In this document: one piece after another, positions 40,366-50,512 of the stretch | Position numbering within the stretch: position 1 is the stretch's first letter | Layout of the letters: the number at the start of each line of letters is the position of its first letter | Assembly: GCA_023397505.1 (NCBI GenBank) | Contig: JAEWUC010000001.1 | Span: 55,519 to 119,518, forward strand | Direction of reading: 5' to 3' | Length of the DNA: 64,000 bases | DNA from: Bacteroidota bacterium | GTDB lineage: Bacteria > Bacteroidota > Ignavibacteria > Ignavibacteriales > Melioribacteraceae | The notes under the pieces: model-generated | Told to the model about the DNA's origin: nothing | Database searches by the model: none | The model's input: only the letters and a program-made list of their open reading frames with translations | Program-made: the position numbers and the translations under genes

Positions 40366-40844
40366 ATTGAATTCGCAGATTTTTCTAGCTGATTAATTCT
40401 CCAGAACAAAATCTAAAATCCTTCATCAAACGATTTTTATAATTATAAATCATTGAATTAAAAAAATATCAATGACCGGTTGGTTTAAGTCATTTTACAA
40501 AGCAAATTATAATAATAAATCTTTTTATCGGATATCTCACATAGAAAGCGGTTGTCTCAAAAACCTTTATCAACTTAACAAACAAAGACTATATTGAAAC
40601 TGTGGGCAATATTCTTAAATAAAATAAAAGAGATTGGAATCATTTATTTGTTAAGAGTGTAATAGGAGGCTTTAAATATCAACCGCATTAGCAATGTTAA
40701 TCTTTATTCATGTCTAGAAGGTGAATTACCAAAAGCGGAAAAGAATCAATTAAATTGATTCTTTTATGGTAACACGTAATCGGATAGCAGATAAATTAAA
40801 AATCAAATTCATAATCCATTTATACAAAATAATCATTAGAACAT

Positions 40845-43800
40845 TTGAAGAAAGAACTCATCGTGAAAAATCTATTTTCTGCAATAAAGCTTTTATTTTT
40901 ATTTGCATGTATAACAACAGCTCAAACAATATATTATGTTGATGCTTTACAGTCCAACGATGACGGGGACGGGCTTAGCTGGGCTACAGCAAAAAAAACA
41001 ATTCAATCCGGTTTGGATATTGCAAATAACGGGGACGTTATATATGTGGCTTCAGGTACCTATGATGAAGCCATAGATATTAATAAAAGAGTATCGTTAA
41101 TCGGTGCAGGAAGCGGTGCTTCCGGTACTATTTTGCAGAGTAGTAGTCCTCCCGTAGTTACCGGCGTTACTTACGGTTCCGGATACAAACCCTACGTTGA
41201 AATAAGTGCATCGGGAGTAAGCGGCGAACCTGTTTTTTTAAAAGATTTATTAATACAAACCCGCCAGGATATTTTAGGCGAGGCATATCCGCTTACCGGT
41301 ATTCTTTTCGATCCGGCTGCAACAATTTCTTATGTGGAACTTGATAATGTGCGGATTATCGGAACTACATCCAACAATGCTGTTGAAAGGGGAATAACTG
41401 TAGATGCCGGTACTACCTTAAATAATTTTGTAGTGAGAAACTGTGAGTTCAGCAATATGGCTTACGGTATAATAATTTATAATAATGATATAAGTCCGAC
41501 TACCGCGCAGAACATAGAGATTAGCAATTCTACTTTTAATAATAATTCAATAAAGGGATTCTATACTGAGAGACTATCTAACTCTACTTTTAGTAATCTA
41601 ACAGTAACCAATAATGGTGATCCGGATAGATCACCGGTATGGGCTGATAATAACAATGCAGGTATAGATATAAACTTATCATTCGGCACTTACTCAAATC
41701 TTACATTTGATAATCTTTCAATAACAAATAACGGTATCGGATCATCAAACGGTGCGGGTTTAACTATAAAAGCCCGCGATGATAAATCGCCCACCGCAAC
41801 CTTGAGCGGAGTTACAATTACAAATTGTTTTATTAACAACAATACTAACGATATTGGTTTTGGTGAACCGGGTAAGAACAATATAGGACCGTCAAACATA
41901 ACTGTAAACGGCAGTTCATTAACCGGCAACGCAACGTACGCTGTCTGGGATGAGAGAGGAAACACTGCAGATATTATAAATGCAGCCGGAAACTGGTGGG
42001 GAACCGTTGATGCATCAGTTATCTCATTACGAACAACCGGTTCTGTTGATTACTCTCCCTGGCTCGGCAACAACTATCTGAATGATTCTCATTCATCTCC
42101 GTGGATATGGTATGTAAACAGTTCAAATAGTTCGACAATCCAGGAGGGTATCAATGCTTCTATTACTGGTGACATAATTAATGTATCGCCGGGATCATAC
42201 AACGAAAATGTGAATATCAATAAAGCTGTAACGTTGAAGTCGTTGGATGCAAATAATAAAGCCATAATAACCGGAGTAGGTACCCGTACTACTATCACTT
42301 CATCCGGCGTAACATTACAAGATATTGTTTATGACTTAATAGGCGATACATCCACTGACGGAGTAATTTTAATCGACCGTGGCGGGACATGGCCAGCATT
42401 CACAATACAGCACAGCAATATTACATTATCCGGGGTGGAGATAACCGGCGGGCGCAGAGCTTTATATGCAACGGTAAATAATGCAACAATCGATAACTGC
42501 AAATTCATAAATCAACATAGAGACGCTTTATTCTTCAATGCAGTTTCAGGTACTACTACTATCAGCAACAATTACTTCAGCGGTGCGGATGCAAACAAAG
42601 CTATAATTTTTGAAAATTTCAGCAGCGGCGATCCTTCGACAAGCGGAACAATAATAATTAACGGAAATGATGTTGAGGGGAAACGAAACTTTATGGTTTA
42701 CAATCAGTGGCAATCAATTACCGATAAAGTTTATTTGCAAATCGAAAATAATAGTATTGCGCCATTTGGAACGGCAATTTCGCTTTACGATCCCCGTAAA
42801 AGTGTTCCAGCATTTGATCCCGCAAATTTTGATAAAATAAACTCGGTAAGCATAAGAACAAATAGATTTACATTGAGCGGTACACAACTTGGAGTTGAAA
42901 GTCCCGCTGAAATTGTTGAAAGAATTTCAGCACGACGGAATTGGTGGGGAAGCACCGAAGGATCGAAGAGTGCTGTAACCGACGGTGTAATATCAATTCC
43001 ATGGTGCCTCGATTCAAATTGTTCAAGTATTAGTTCAATTCAAGTGAATTCAAAAGATTCAATTCAAACAGCAATCAACACGGCAGAAGACGGCGATACA
43101 GTTAAAATAGCAGTATTAGAAATACCCGAAAAGCTAAATGTTGATAAAGATATAACTCTGGAATTTGATGAACCGCCGGTAATTGACTCGTTGGAAGTTA
43201 ATAATAGTAATTTAACTATTGCTTCCGATATTACACTTTCCAGCGGCTTAAATCTTAATAACGGTAACATAATTGTAAAAAGTGATAACAAAATAATTTT
43301 AGATACTACAGCAACAAATCCAATTGAAACATCAAGTGCTAAAATAATCGGAACAGTTGAAATCAAACCGAGAAATGTGGGAACCGGAGAAATTGATATT
43401 CTGGGATTGGTAATTCAACCGGGTACGGACGACTTGGGCAAAGTAAGTATTGTAAGAGTATCTGGCGACGATGGTACTGTGAGTTCCGGCGGCAATTCCG
43501 GTATTAATATGAAATGGCAAATAGAAGCGGATAATCAACCAGCGAACGGAAGAACCGTTACATTTACATGGCTACCCGATTTTGATAACGGCGTAGATCC
43601 AACCAGCATAATTATTTATAGAAATACAGGTTCCGGCTGGGTTCAATATGCAGGACCTCTAAATGCCTCCGGTAATCCAAGACAGGTTACCGTAGATATA
43701 TCGGGTTTTTCAACCTGGACAATCGGCGATTCAGGTAGTCCTTTTACTGTAGTTAACGGCGCACCTGTTATTGCATCGATTGAAGGATCAGCCCTTAGTT

Positions 43801-45464
43801 ATTCCGAAGGTGAGCCGGCTAAACAGATTACCGGAACAATTACTGTAACAGATGTAGACGATACCGAAATGGAGAGCGCTGTTATTCAAATAGCAGGTAA
43901 TTACATTTCCGGTGAAGACGTACTAAACTTTACAAATCAAAACGGGATTACCGGAAATTGGAACAGCGGCACAGGCACGCTAACGTTGGTTGGAAGTTCA
44001 TCGAAAGCAAATTACCAAACAGCAATTCGCGATATAAAATATGTTAACAATAACAGTAGTCCCAATGCAGTCCCGCGAACCATTCAGTTTACGGTAAACG
44101 ATGGAGAGGATAATAGTAATACTGTTACAAGACAGATAAACGTTGCCTCAATTAATAATGCACCCGTTCTTACATCAATAGAAGGAACTGTATTACACTA
44201 TGAGGAAAATGAATCGGCAAAGGTAATAACAAGTTCAGTTAATATATCGGATGCTGATGATGCAAATATGGAAAACGCTTTAATAAATATAACCGGTAAT
44301 TATAATTCAGATGAAGACCTGCTGATTTTTGAAAACCAAAACGGTATAACGGGAAGTTGGGACAGCGGGACGGGCACTCTAACGTTGAGCGGAAATTCAT
44401 CAATAATAAATTATCAAACTGCTCTTCGGACTATAAAATATTCAAACACTAGTAATAATCCTAATACTGCTAGACGGACGTTAAGCATTACGATTAACGA
44501 CGGCGAAACAAACAGTAATACGGCAACAAGAGAAATAAGTATTACCTCTATTGATGATCCGCCGGTTATTAGTTTTCAACAAAGACCTGCCGATATCAAT
44601 GAGGATGAATCGATAATTATCCCGTTTAGTGAAATATACCCGTTTATATCCGATCTGGATAATGATATCTCAACTTTAGAAATCAGTTTTGAATACATTG
44701 GTGAGAACCTTAGCATTGACGTACTCGCCGATACGTTATTAAGTATCGAACCGAAAAGCAACTGGTTCGGTTTGGATGCAATAACAGTAATTGTATCGGA
44801 CGGTAATTCATCTACCAGTGCTTCGTTTGCAGTAAATGTATTATCCGTAAACGATCTGCCTTCATTTATTACTTTAAACCCGGATTCGCTGACGATTCAA
44901 AGTGGCCAAGGTATTGCACTTGATGTGTTTAATATTATCAGCGATGAAGAAACTCCCGATAGCTTGATGGTATTTAAATTTATTTCCGGTAATGATTCGT
45001 TACTGTACGATTATAATTCCAAAAACGGGGTTCTGAATATTTATACAGAAAAAGATTATATGGGCAAAACGGAAATAAAAATTATAGCGACTGATACCGA
45101 CGGCGGCAGTGCTGAGATAATAGTTTATATAAATGTTGAAGGGAAAATTACAGGCATAGAATCTTTATCCGGTCAAATCCCTAAGGATTATGAGATATAC
45201 CAAAACTATCCGAATCCATTTAACCCGACTACAATTATTAGATACGGATTACCGGAGGAAAGCATAGTTGCTGTGAAAATATTCAATGTTTTAGGTGAGG
45301 AAGTTCGCACTTTATTTGAGGGAATTAAAAAAGCCGGGTACTATCAAGAATCCTTTAACGGCAGCAGGCTTGCTTCGGGAATTTACTTATATACAATCAG
45401 TGCCGAATCGACCGTAAGCAATAAAAAGTTTTTACAGGTAAGGAAGATGCTGTTAATAAAGTAA
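40845..45464 (+). CDS. 1539-aa secreted adhesin-like protein: right-handed beta-helix N-terminal half, cadherin-like tandem domains, T9SS type-A C-terminal sorting domain
   Basis: Signal peptide. YYVD...DGDGLSWATAKKTIQSGLDIANNGDVIYVASGTYDE (DUF1565/pectate-lyase-like start) and many N-rich PbH1-like turns. Domain boundaries marked NGAPV, NNAPV, DDPPV and NDLPS. Tail YQNYPNPFNPTTIIRYGLPE...VKIFNVLGEEV...ASGIYLYTI. TTG 40845 or GTG 40863 start. Confidence 0.8.
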   Translation: MKKELIVKNLFSAIKLLFLFACITTAQTIYYVDALQSNDDGDGLSWATAKKTIQSGLDIANNGDVIYVASGTYDEAIDINKRVSLIGAGSGASGTILQSSSPPVVTGVTYGSGYKPYVEISASGVSGEPVFLKDLLIQTRQDILGEAYPLTGILFDPAATISYVELDNVRIIGTTSNNAVERGITVDAGTTLNNFVVRNCEFSNMAYGIIIYNNDISPTTAQNIEISNSTFNNNSIKGFYTERLSNSTFSNLTVTNNGDPDRSPVWADNNNAGIDINLSFGTYSNLTFDNLSITNNGIGSSNGAGLTIKARDDKSPTATLSGVTITNCFINNNTNDIGFGEPGKNNIGPSNITVNGSSLTGNATYAVWDERGNTADIINAAGNWWGTVDASVISLRTTGSVDYSPWLGNNYLNDSHSSPWIWYVNSSNSSTIQEGINASITGDIINVSPGSYNENVNINKAVTLKSLDANNKAIITGVGTRTTITSSGVTLQDIVYDLIGDTSTDGVILIDRGGTWPAFTIQHSNITLSGVEITGGRRALYATVNNATIDNCKFINQHRDALFFNAVSGTTTISNNYFSGADANKAIIFENFSSGDPSTSGTIIINGNDVEGKRNFMVYNQWQSITDKVYLQIENNSIAPFGTAISLYDPRKSVPAFDPANFDKINSVSIRTNRFTLSGTQLGVESPAEIVERISARRNWWGSTEGSKSAVTDGVISIPWCLDSNCSSISSIQVNSKDSIQTAINTAEDGDTVKIAVLEIPEKLNVDKDITLEFDEPPVIDSLEVNNSNLTIASDITLSSGLNLNNGNIIVKSDNKIILDTTATNPIETSSAKIIGTVEIKPRNVGTGEIDILGLVIQPGTDDLGKVSIVRVSGDDGTVSSGGNSGINMKWQIEADNQPANGRTVTFTWLPDFDNGVDPTSIIIYRNTGSGWVQYAGPLNASGNPRQVTVDISGFSTWTIGDSGSPFTVVNGAPVIASIEGSALSYSEGEPAKQITGTITVTDVDDTEMESAVIQIAGNYISGEDVLNFTNQNGITGNWNSGTGTLTLVGSSSKANYQTAIRDIKYVNNNSSPNAVPRTIQFTVNDGEDNSNTVTRQINVASINNAPVLTSIEGTVLHYEENESAKVITSSVNISDADDANMENALINITGNYNSDEDLLIFENQNGITGSWDSGTGTLTLSGNSSIINYQTALRTIKYSNTSNNPNTARRTLSITINDGETNSNTATREISITSIDDPPVISFQQRPADINEDESIIIPFSEIYPFISDLDNDISTLEISFEYIGENLSIDVLADTLLSIEPKSNWFGLDAITVIVSDGNSSTSASFAVNVLSVNDLPSFITLNPDSLTIQSGQGIALDVFNIISDEETPDSLMVFKFISGNDSLLYDYNSKNGVLNIYTEKDYMGKTEIKIIATDTDGGSAEIIVYINVEGKITGIESLSGQIPKDYEIYQNYPNPFNPTTIIRYGLPEESIVAVKIFNVLGEEVRTLFEGIKKAGYYQESFNGSRLASGIYLYTISAESTVSNKKFLQVRKMLLIK
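43755..44556 (+). repeat. two tandem ~400-bp (133-134 aa) coding repeats, cadherin-like domains
   Basis: NGAPVIASIEGSALSYSEGE...NQNGITGNWNSGTGTLTLVGSSS..YQTAIRDIKY...TVNDGEDNSNT aligns with NNAPVLTSIEGTVLHYEENE...NQNGITGSWDSGTGTLTLSGNSS..YQTALRTIKY...TINDGETNSNT. Somewhat over half of residues are identical by eye. Confidence 0.85.
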
Positions 45465-45733
45465 TTGATGAAGTTAACATGTTTTGTGTATTAAAAATAA
45501 AAAAGAGAAGCTGTTGTCCAAAGGGCTCCTCGGAAAAACAGTTCGGAAATATCGGTTTGTCTTCATTAGCCCAGGGATTAATGCGTGCGCTAATATTCGA
45601 TATAAATCTTGTATAATAGTTAGAGCTGTAATTGATCTTGAAGGTTAAAAACCTTCAAGGTCGATTCAGAATTATAATATTAAATTCGAGAGTGAAATCA
45701 CGTTTGGATTATTCTTGATCGATTCAACAAGTA

Positions 45734-46012
45734 TTGCGGGTGTTGGCGGAGCTTTTAATTTCAGTGTACAGCATGCAACCACTCACCTTCGAAGATAATA
45801 TTTCCGGTATATTATCTAAACTTAATTATGGGCAACAGGTTAATGATTTTTTTATTGAAAACATCGGTTCTGTGTATTTTGAAATGACACAGAATGAAGT
45901 TAACGCTCTAAATGAATTAATTAAGTTGGTTTATTATCACGGGATTATTGAAGATATATTTGATCTGAAATTAGTTTTAAAAAAAGTCCCCCGCTTAGAA
46001 ACAGAGGACTGA
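45734..46012 (+). pseudogene. orphan 3' remnant of an MqnA-like gene (copy B of the repeat, homologous part 45791..45964)
   Basis: Encodes ...FEDNISGILSKLNYGQQVNDFFIENIGSVYFEMTQNEVNALNELIKLVYYHGIIEDIFD, matching the last ~58 aa of the 39607..40365 product. It lacks the first ~190 aa and then reads through into the serA terminator region. Confidence 0.75.
45979..46010 (-). terminator. possible terminator of serA (minus strand)
   Basis: On the minus strand: agtcct...gggact short stem with a large loop, followed by a T7 run (A7 at 45979-45985 on +). The stem is weak. Confidence 0.3.
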
Positions 46013-46022
46013 AGTAAACAAA

Positions 46023-47207
46023 TTAAATTTGATTGTGTGAATAGAAAAGTACGTTTTTATTATTGCCGATTCTTTCAAGCATTTCAGGGGTTGCGGGAAG
46101 TTTCAAATTCATTGTGCAGCAAGCAACAAGCCCGTTATCAAATATTACATTTTGAACGTCTTCAATATTTATGTCGCCTTCTTTCAATAATTCAAATACA
46201 GAAAAAAGAACTCCCGGTTTGTTGTAATGTTTAACTATTAGTTGGTAATGAGCGCTTGAAACTTTAGCTTTATTGACCCAGTGTAAAATTCCGCCGCAGT
46301 TTTTGTAGCTCAAAATTATTTTTATAGTTTCTTCGGCAACGGCATCCTGCGCTTGTTCGGTCGATGCACCTATGTGGTGCGTAACATATACATTTTCCAA
46401 TTCTTGCAGTTTTGAAGAAACCGGTCCTGCTTTATCTTCGGGTTCACCGGAAAATACATCGAGACCTACTTTTAAATTCTTTTCTTTGACAGCTTTAATT
46501 AATGCTTCTTCGTTAATTACACCTGCACGTGAAGTATTAATTAAAATTGCGCCTTTTTTTATTAATCCGAACATTTTATCATCAAATAAATTTTTTGTAT
46601 CGGGTGTTTGAGGAAGATGTATTGATATCACATCGGCGATGGGTAAAACTTTTTCAAAATCTGTAAAAACAATAACGCCTTCGTCATCAATCGGGGCAAT
46701 ATCTTTTGCATAAATATGCATACCGAGAGAGTGGGCTCTTTTGGCTACTTCTTTGCCGATTGCGCCGTATCCAACAATCGCTAAAGTCTTTCCGAAAAAT
46801 CCTTGGGCTTTAGAATATTCGCCTTTGTTCCATTTGCCTGCGCGGAAATCAATTACATTGTGTGCTATTCTTCTATCGAGAGATATCATCAAACCGATAG
46901 CAAGTTCTGCGACAGCAATTGAGTTTTTACCGGGACAATTAGCAACGAAAATTCCTTTCTTGTTTGCGGCTGCAATATTAATATTATTTACACCGCTGCC
47001 TGCTCGGACAATTAAATCTAATTTTTCGGATTTCTCAATTGTTTCAGCCGATACAATTGTAGAACGAACTACCAAACAATCAACATCTTTTACTGCTTCA
47101 GGTAAGTCATTTTCGCCAAGCTTAGGATTGTAAATCACTTCAATGCCGGAACTCTTTAATTTTTCAATATGATTTTCCGGAAATTTGTCTGCTATTAATA
47201 CTTTCAT
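46023..47207 (-). CDS. serA: D-3-phosphoglycerate dehydrogenase (2-hydroxyacid dehydrogenase with C-terminal ACT-like domain)
   Basis: GKTLAIVGYGAIGKEVAKRA NAD motif, INTSRAGVI and THHIGASTEQAQ catalytic His region. The C-terminal ~80 aa is ACT-like. Confidence 0.75.
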   Translation of the reverse strand: MKVLIADKFPENHIEKLKSSGIEVIYNPKLGENDLPEAVKDVDCLVVRSTIVSAETIEKSEKLDLIVRAGSGVNNINIAAANKKGIFVANCPGKNSIAVAELAIGLMISLDRRIAHNVIDFRAGKWNKGEYSKAQGFFGKTLAIVGYGAIGKEVAKRAHSLGMHIYAKDIAPIDDEGVIVFTDFEKVLPIADVISIHLPQTPDTKNLFDDKMFGLIKKGAILINTSRAGVINEEALIKAVKEKNLKVGLDVFSGEPEDKAGPVSSKLQELENVYVTHHIGASTEQAQDAVAEETIKIILSYKNCGGILHWVNKAKVSSAHYQLIVKHYNKPGVLFSVFELLKEGDINIEDVQNVIFDNGLVACCTMNLKLPATPEMLERIGNNKNVLFYSHNQI

Positions 47208-47220
47208 TTTAATTCTCCTT

Positions 47221-48873
47221 TTATTTCATCATTGGAATTTTGATTCCAAATGTTTTTGCATTCTCAATAGCTTTATCATAACCTGCATCGGCATGCCGCA
47301 CGATTCCCATTCCGGGATCATAAGTTAAAACTCTCTCCAATCTTTCTTCGGCCTCCTTGGTGCCGTCTGCAACTACAACCATTCCCGCGTGAATAGATTT
47401 ACCAATACCCACGCCGCCGCCGTGGTGAACAGAAACCCAGCTTGCGCCGCCAATTGCATTCAACAATGCATTTAAAATCGGCCAGTCGGCAATTGCGTCG
47501 CTTCCGTCTTTCATGCCTTCCGTTTCGCGGTTTGGTGAAGCTACCGATCCGCAATCAAGATGATCTCTTCCAATAACAATCGGCGCACTAACTTTTTTAT
47601 CAGTTACTAACTTGTTGAAAATCTTTCCCAATTTAGCGCGTTCGCCGTAACCGAGCCAGCAAATACGTGCAGGCAATCCTTGAAAATGGACCTTCTTTTG
47701 CGCCATTTCAATCCAGCGTTTTAGCGGTTCGTTTTCCGGAAAGGTTTCTAAAACGGCTTGGTCTGTTACAAAAATATCTTTTGGATCGCCGGATAATGCA
47801 GCCCATCTAAAAGGACCTTTGCCGTCGCAGAAAAGCGGACGAATATATTCGGGAACAAATCCGGGAATATCGAAAGCATTTTCAACGCCGTTTTCTTTCG
47901 CTTCTCCGCGAATATTGTTTCCGTAATCGAAAGCAATTGAACCTCGTTTCTGAAACTCAAGCATAGCTTTTAAATGCTCAACGATTGTTACTTTAGATAA
48001 TTCAATATATTTCTTCGGATCTCTTTGTCTAAGTTTGAGTGCATCTTCAAAACTCATTCCCATTGGCACATAACCGTTTAAAGTATCATGTGCGGAAGTT
48101 TGATCTGTGATAATATCAGGAATGATATTTCTTTCCAAAATTTTAGGAAGAATCTCGCCGGCGTTTCCAACCAAACCTACTGATAATGCTTTTTTATTTT
48201 CCTTTGCATCGAGAACCATTAACAAAGCTTTATCAAGGTTGTCCGTAATTAAATCAATGTATCCGGTGTCAATTCTTTTTTGAATTCTCGAACGATCGAC
48301 ATCGATTCCAAGAAAAGCAGCGCCGTTCATTGTTGCTGCCAAAGGTTGAGCGCCGCCCATTCCGCCGATTCCTGAAGTCAATAAAAATTTTCCGTTCAAT
48401 GATCCGTTAAAATGTTTTCGTGCGCATTCTGCAAAAGTTTCGTAAGTGCCTTGAAGAATTCCCTGAGTGCCGATATAAATCCAACTTCCCGCAGTCATTT
48501 GTCCATACATAGTTAAACCGAGCGCATCGAGCCGGCGGAATTCATCCCATGTTGCCCAATCCGGTACAAGCATCGAATTTGAAATTATTACTCGCGGTGC
48601 ATTTTCATGCGTTTTAAAAATTGCTACCGGTTTTCCGGATTGAACTAAAAGAGTTTCATCGTTTTCCAAATTTTTAAGCGATGAAACAATTGCATCAAAC
48701 GATTCCCAGTTTCTTGCGGCTTTCCCGTATCCGCCGTAAACAATTAAATCTTCGGGGCGTTCGGCAACTTCAGGGTCAAGGTTGTTCATCAGCATTCTCA
48801 TAGCCGCTTCTTGAATCCAACCTTTACATACAATTTTATTGCCTGTTGGCGACTTTATAATTTTTTGTGCCAT
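47221..48873 (-). CDS. hutU: urocanate hydratase
   Basis: [46 protein letters not shown] and [11 protein letters not shown] motifs, 550 aa. Confidence 0.95.
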   Translation of the reverse strand: MAQKIIKSPTGNKIVCKGWIQEAAMRMLMNNLDPEVAERPEDLIVYGGYGKAARNWESFDAIVSSLKNLENDETLLVQSGKPVAIFKTHENAPRVIISNSMLVPDWATWDEFRRLDALGLTMYGQMTAGSWIYIGTQGILQGTYETFAECARKHFNGSLNGKFLLTSGIGGMGGAQPLAATMNGAAFLGIDVDRSRIQKRIDTGYIDLITDNLDKALLMVLDAKENKKALSVGLVGNAGEILPKILERNIIPDIITDQTSAHDTLNGYVPMGMSFEDALKLRQRDPKKYIELSKVTIVEHLKAMLEFQKRGSIAFDYGNNIRGEAKENGVENAFDIPGFVPEYIRPLFCDGKGPFRWAALSGDPKDIFVTDQAVLETFPENEPLKRWIEMAQKKVHFQGLPARICWLGYGERAKLGKIFNKLVTDKKVSAPIVIGRDHLDCGSVASPNRETEGMKDGSDAIADWPILNALLNAIGGASWVSVHHGGGVGIGKSIHAGMVVVADGTKEAEERLERVLTYDPGMGIVRHADAGYDKAIENAKTFGIKIPMMK

Positions 48874-48878
48874 AATTA

Positions 48879-49217
48879 TTAGTCGGTAAATTGGTTTTGC
48901 AGTATGTTTTCGTATTGGCTTTGAACAGATTTATATAGCCAGCGCTTGATAAATCCTGCTTTTTTCAACTGCTTTTTAAGGTGTTCGGAATTTTCTTTTA
49001 AACGGAAAACGAGTTTTGTTTTCTCATCTTTAGTGAATTTTACTTCGTCTGCAGACTCGTTTAATTTGTCGATGATTGAATTGAATGTCCGAACGTCTGT
49101 AGCAAACCTTTCGTCTGAAGTCATTTGTTTTAATATGGTTTTACAAAAACTAATTAATAATTTTTTTTCGTTTTTGTCGAAAGTGTAATTGTAATTTTTG
49201 AATAACGGTTTTGCCAT
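48879..49217 (-). CDS. hypothetical 112-aa Lys/Glu-rich helical protein
   Basis: ORF sits 5-7 bp from add and hutU on the same strand. No family recognised. Confidence 0.5.
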   Translation of the reverse strand: MAKPLFKNYNYTFDKNEKKLLISFCKTILKQMTSDERFATDVRTFNSIIDKLNESADEVKFTKDEKTKLVFRLKENSEHLKKQLKKAGFIKRWLYKSVQSQYENILQNQFTD

Positions 49218-49224
49218 AGATGAA

Positions 49225-50319
49225 TTATACCTTTAGTGATAGAAGTTTTTCCCGCATATTTTGAAAGCCGGGTTTAATAACATTATATATGTAATGTAAT
49301 CTTTCATTATAAGGAATGAAAGAAGATTTCATTGCGTTGATATTTAGTTTTTCAATATCGTCAAAATTAATTCCGAACAACTCACTTGCGAGTGTGTATT
49401 CTTTTGTTAAAGTTGTATCACTCATCAATCGGTCGTCGGTGTTTAAAAATACTCTGAATTTAGCTTTGTACAATTTTATAAACGGGTGATTTTCAATTTT
49501 ATCGATTGCGCCCGTGTGAACATTACTTAACAAATTAATTTCGAGCGGAAGTCGTGTATCGAGAATGTATTGTGCTAAATCACCCATAGCTACAACATTT
49601 CCATCATTATCAAAAACTATATCTTCAATTAATCTTGTTGCGTGACCAATACGGTGTGCGCCGCAAATTTGAATTGCCTGCCAAATAGATTCTTTGCCGA
49701 AAGCTTCTCCCGCATGAATTGTTATATTAAAGTTTTTTTGTTTAATGTATTGAAATGCTTCGATATGTTTTTTAGGAGGGTAACCGCCTTCTTCTCCCGC
49801 AAGATCGAAACCGACAACGCCGCTGTTTCTAAAACTTACAGCTAATTCCGCCATTTCAAGAGTATGTGAATTTTTCATATTGCGCATTCCGCAAATGATC
49901 AAACCAAAACCAACTCCAAAATCACGCTTACCCTTTTCTAATCCATCTAAAACGGCATTCATAACATCTTCCAAGTACAAACCTTTTTGAGCATGAAAAA
50001 CCGGTGCAAAACGCGTTTCAACATAACAAACGCCGTCTTTTTTCATATCCTCCATCATTTCATAAGCCGTTCGTGTGAGACCTTCCTTTGTTTGCATTAC
50101 AGCGCATGTGTGTTCAAAACCCTGAAGATATTCTACAAGATTTCCCTTGTTCGCACCGCGGTGAAACCATTCGCCAAGTTCTCCTGCATCGGTGGTTGGT
50201 AGTTTATTGTATTTAATTTCTTTTGCCAACTCGATGATTGTTTGCGGTCTCAATCCGCCGTCTAAATGATCATGAAGCATCACTTTCGGCACGTTTCTAA
50301 TTACTTCTTCCGTTTTCAT
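49225..50319 (-). CDS. add: adenosine deaminase
   Basis: KVMLHDHLDGGLRP, FDLAGEE, ITIHAGE, RIGHA and LNTDDRLMS metal and catalytic motifs. ATG 50319 (with aagga upstream) preferred over TTG 50340. Confidence 0.9.
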   Translation of the reverse strand: MKTEEVIRNVPKVMLHDHLDGGLRPQTIIELAKEIKYNKLPTTDAGELGEWFHRGANKGNLVEYLQGFEHTCAVMQTKEGLTRTAYEMMEDMKKDGVCYVETRFAPVFHAQKGLYLEDVMNAVLDGLEKGKRDFGVGFGLIICGMRNMKNSHTLEMAELAVSFRNSGVVGFDLAGEEGGYPPKKHIEAFQYIKQKNFNITIHAGEAFGKESIWQAIQICGAHRIGHATRLIEDIVFDNDGNVVAMGDLAQYILDTRLPLEINLLSNVHTGAIDKIENHPFIKLYKAKFRVFLNTDDRLMSDTTLTKEYTLASELFGINFDDIEKLNINAMKSSFIPYNERLHYIYNVIKPGFQNMREKLLSLKV

Positions 50320-50512
50320 TATTATTCCTTTTGGGTTCAAAAATATCCTTTTAACCCTCTAAAATCAATTTAAAGGTTGAATGCATTTATTGAGTATGGA
50401 TCTGTATTAAACTCATATTATTAACATATTTCACCTTGACACGGCAGTCCTATTTTGGTTATTTTTAACCAGCTAAAATTATATTTAATAAAAATATATT
50501 CAGGAGTTGTTA

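Noticed and set aside
43755-44556. Tandem repeat as a possible CRISPR or satellite array
   Set aside because: There are only two units, each about 400 bp, in frame within a CDS and diverged at the protein level. They are coding domain duplications.
45637-45659. Perfect 10-bp hairpin cttgaaggtt/aaccttcaag downstream of the adhesin gene
   Set aside because: There is no T-run on either strand, so it is not a canonical terminator. It is noted only as structure within the inserted segment.
40177-45964. Calling the repeat-bracketed segment a complete mobile element
   Set aside because: No integrase, transposase, terminal inverted repeats or tRNA target were seen. I report it as an insertion signature, not as a mobile_element feature.
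45979-45995. aaagtcc motif reminiscent of the RNase P RNA conserved GGAAAGUCC element
   Set aside because: The match is short, without the flanking conserved helices or sufficient non-coding length. It is better explained as part of the serA terminator.
45734-46012. 92-aa ORF as an independent gene
   Set aside because: Its conserved part matches only the last ~58 residues of the MqnA-like protein. It lacks the rest of the fold and has no RBS. It also runs into the serA terminator region. I therefore called it a gene remnant.
46372-47133. Two + strand ORFs (79 and 130 aa) antisense to serA
   Set aside because: They lie inside a well-supported dehydrogenase gene on the minus strand and have no motifs or RBS.
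47221-48873. hutU as evidence for a histidine utilisation operon
   Set aside because: No hutH, hutI, hutG or hutC is recognisable anywhere in the window, so only the single gene is called.
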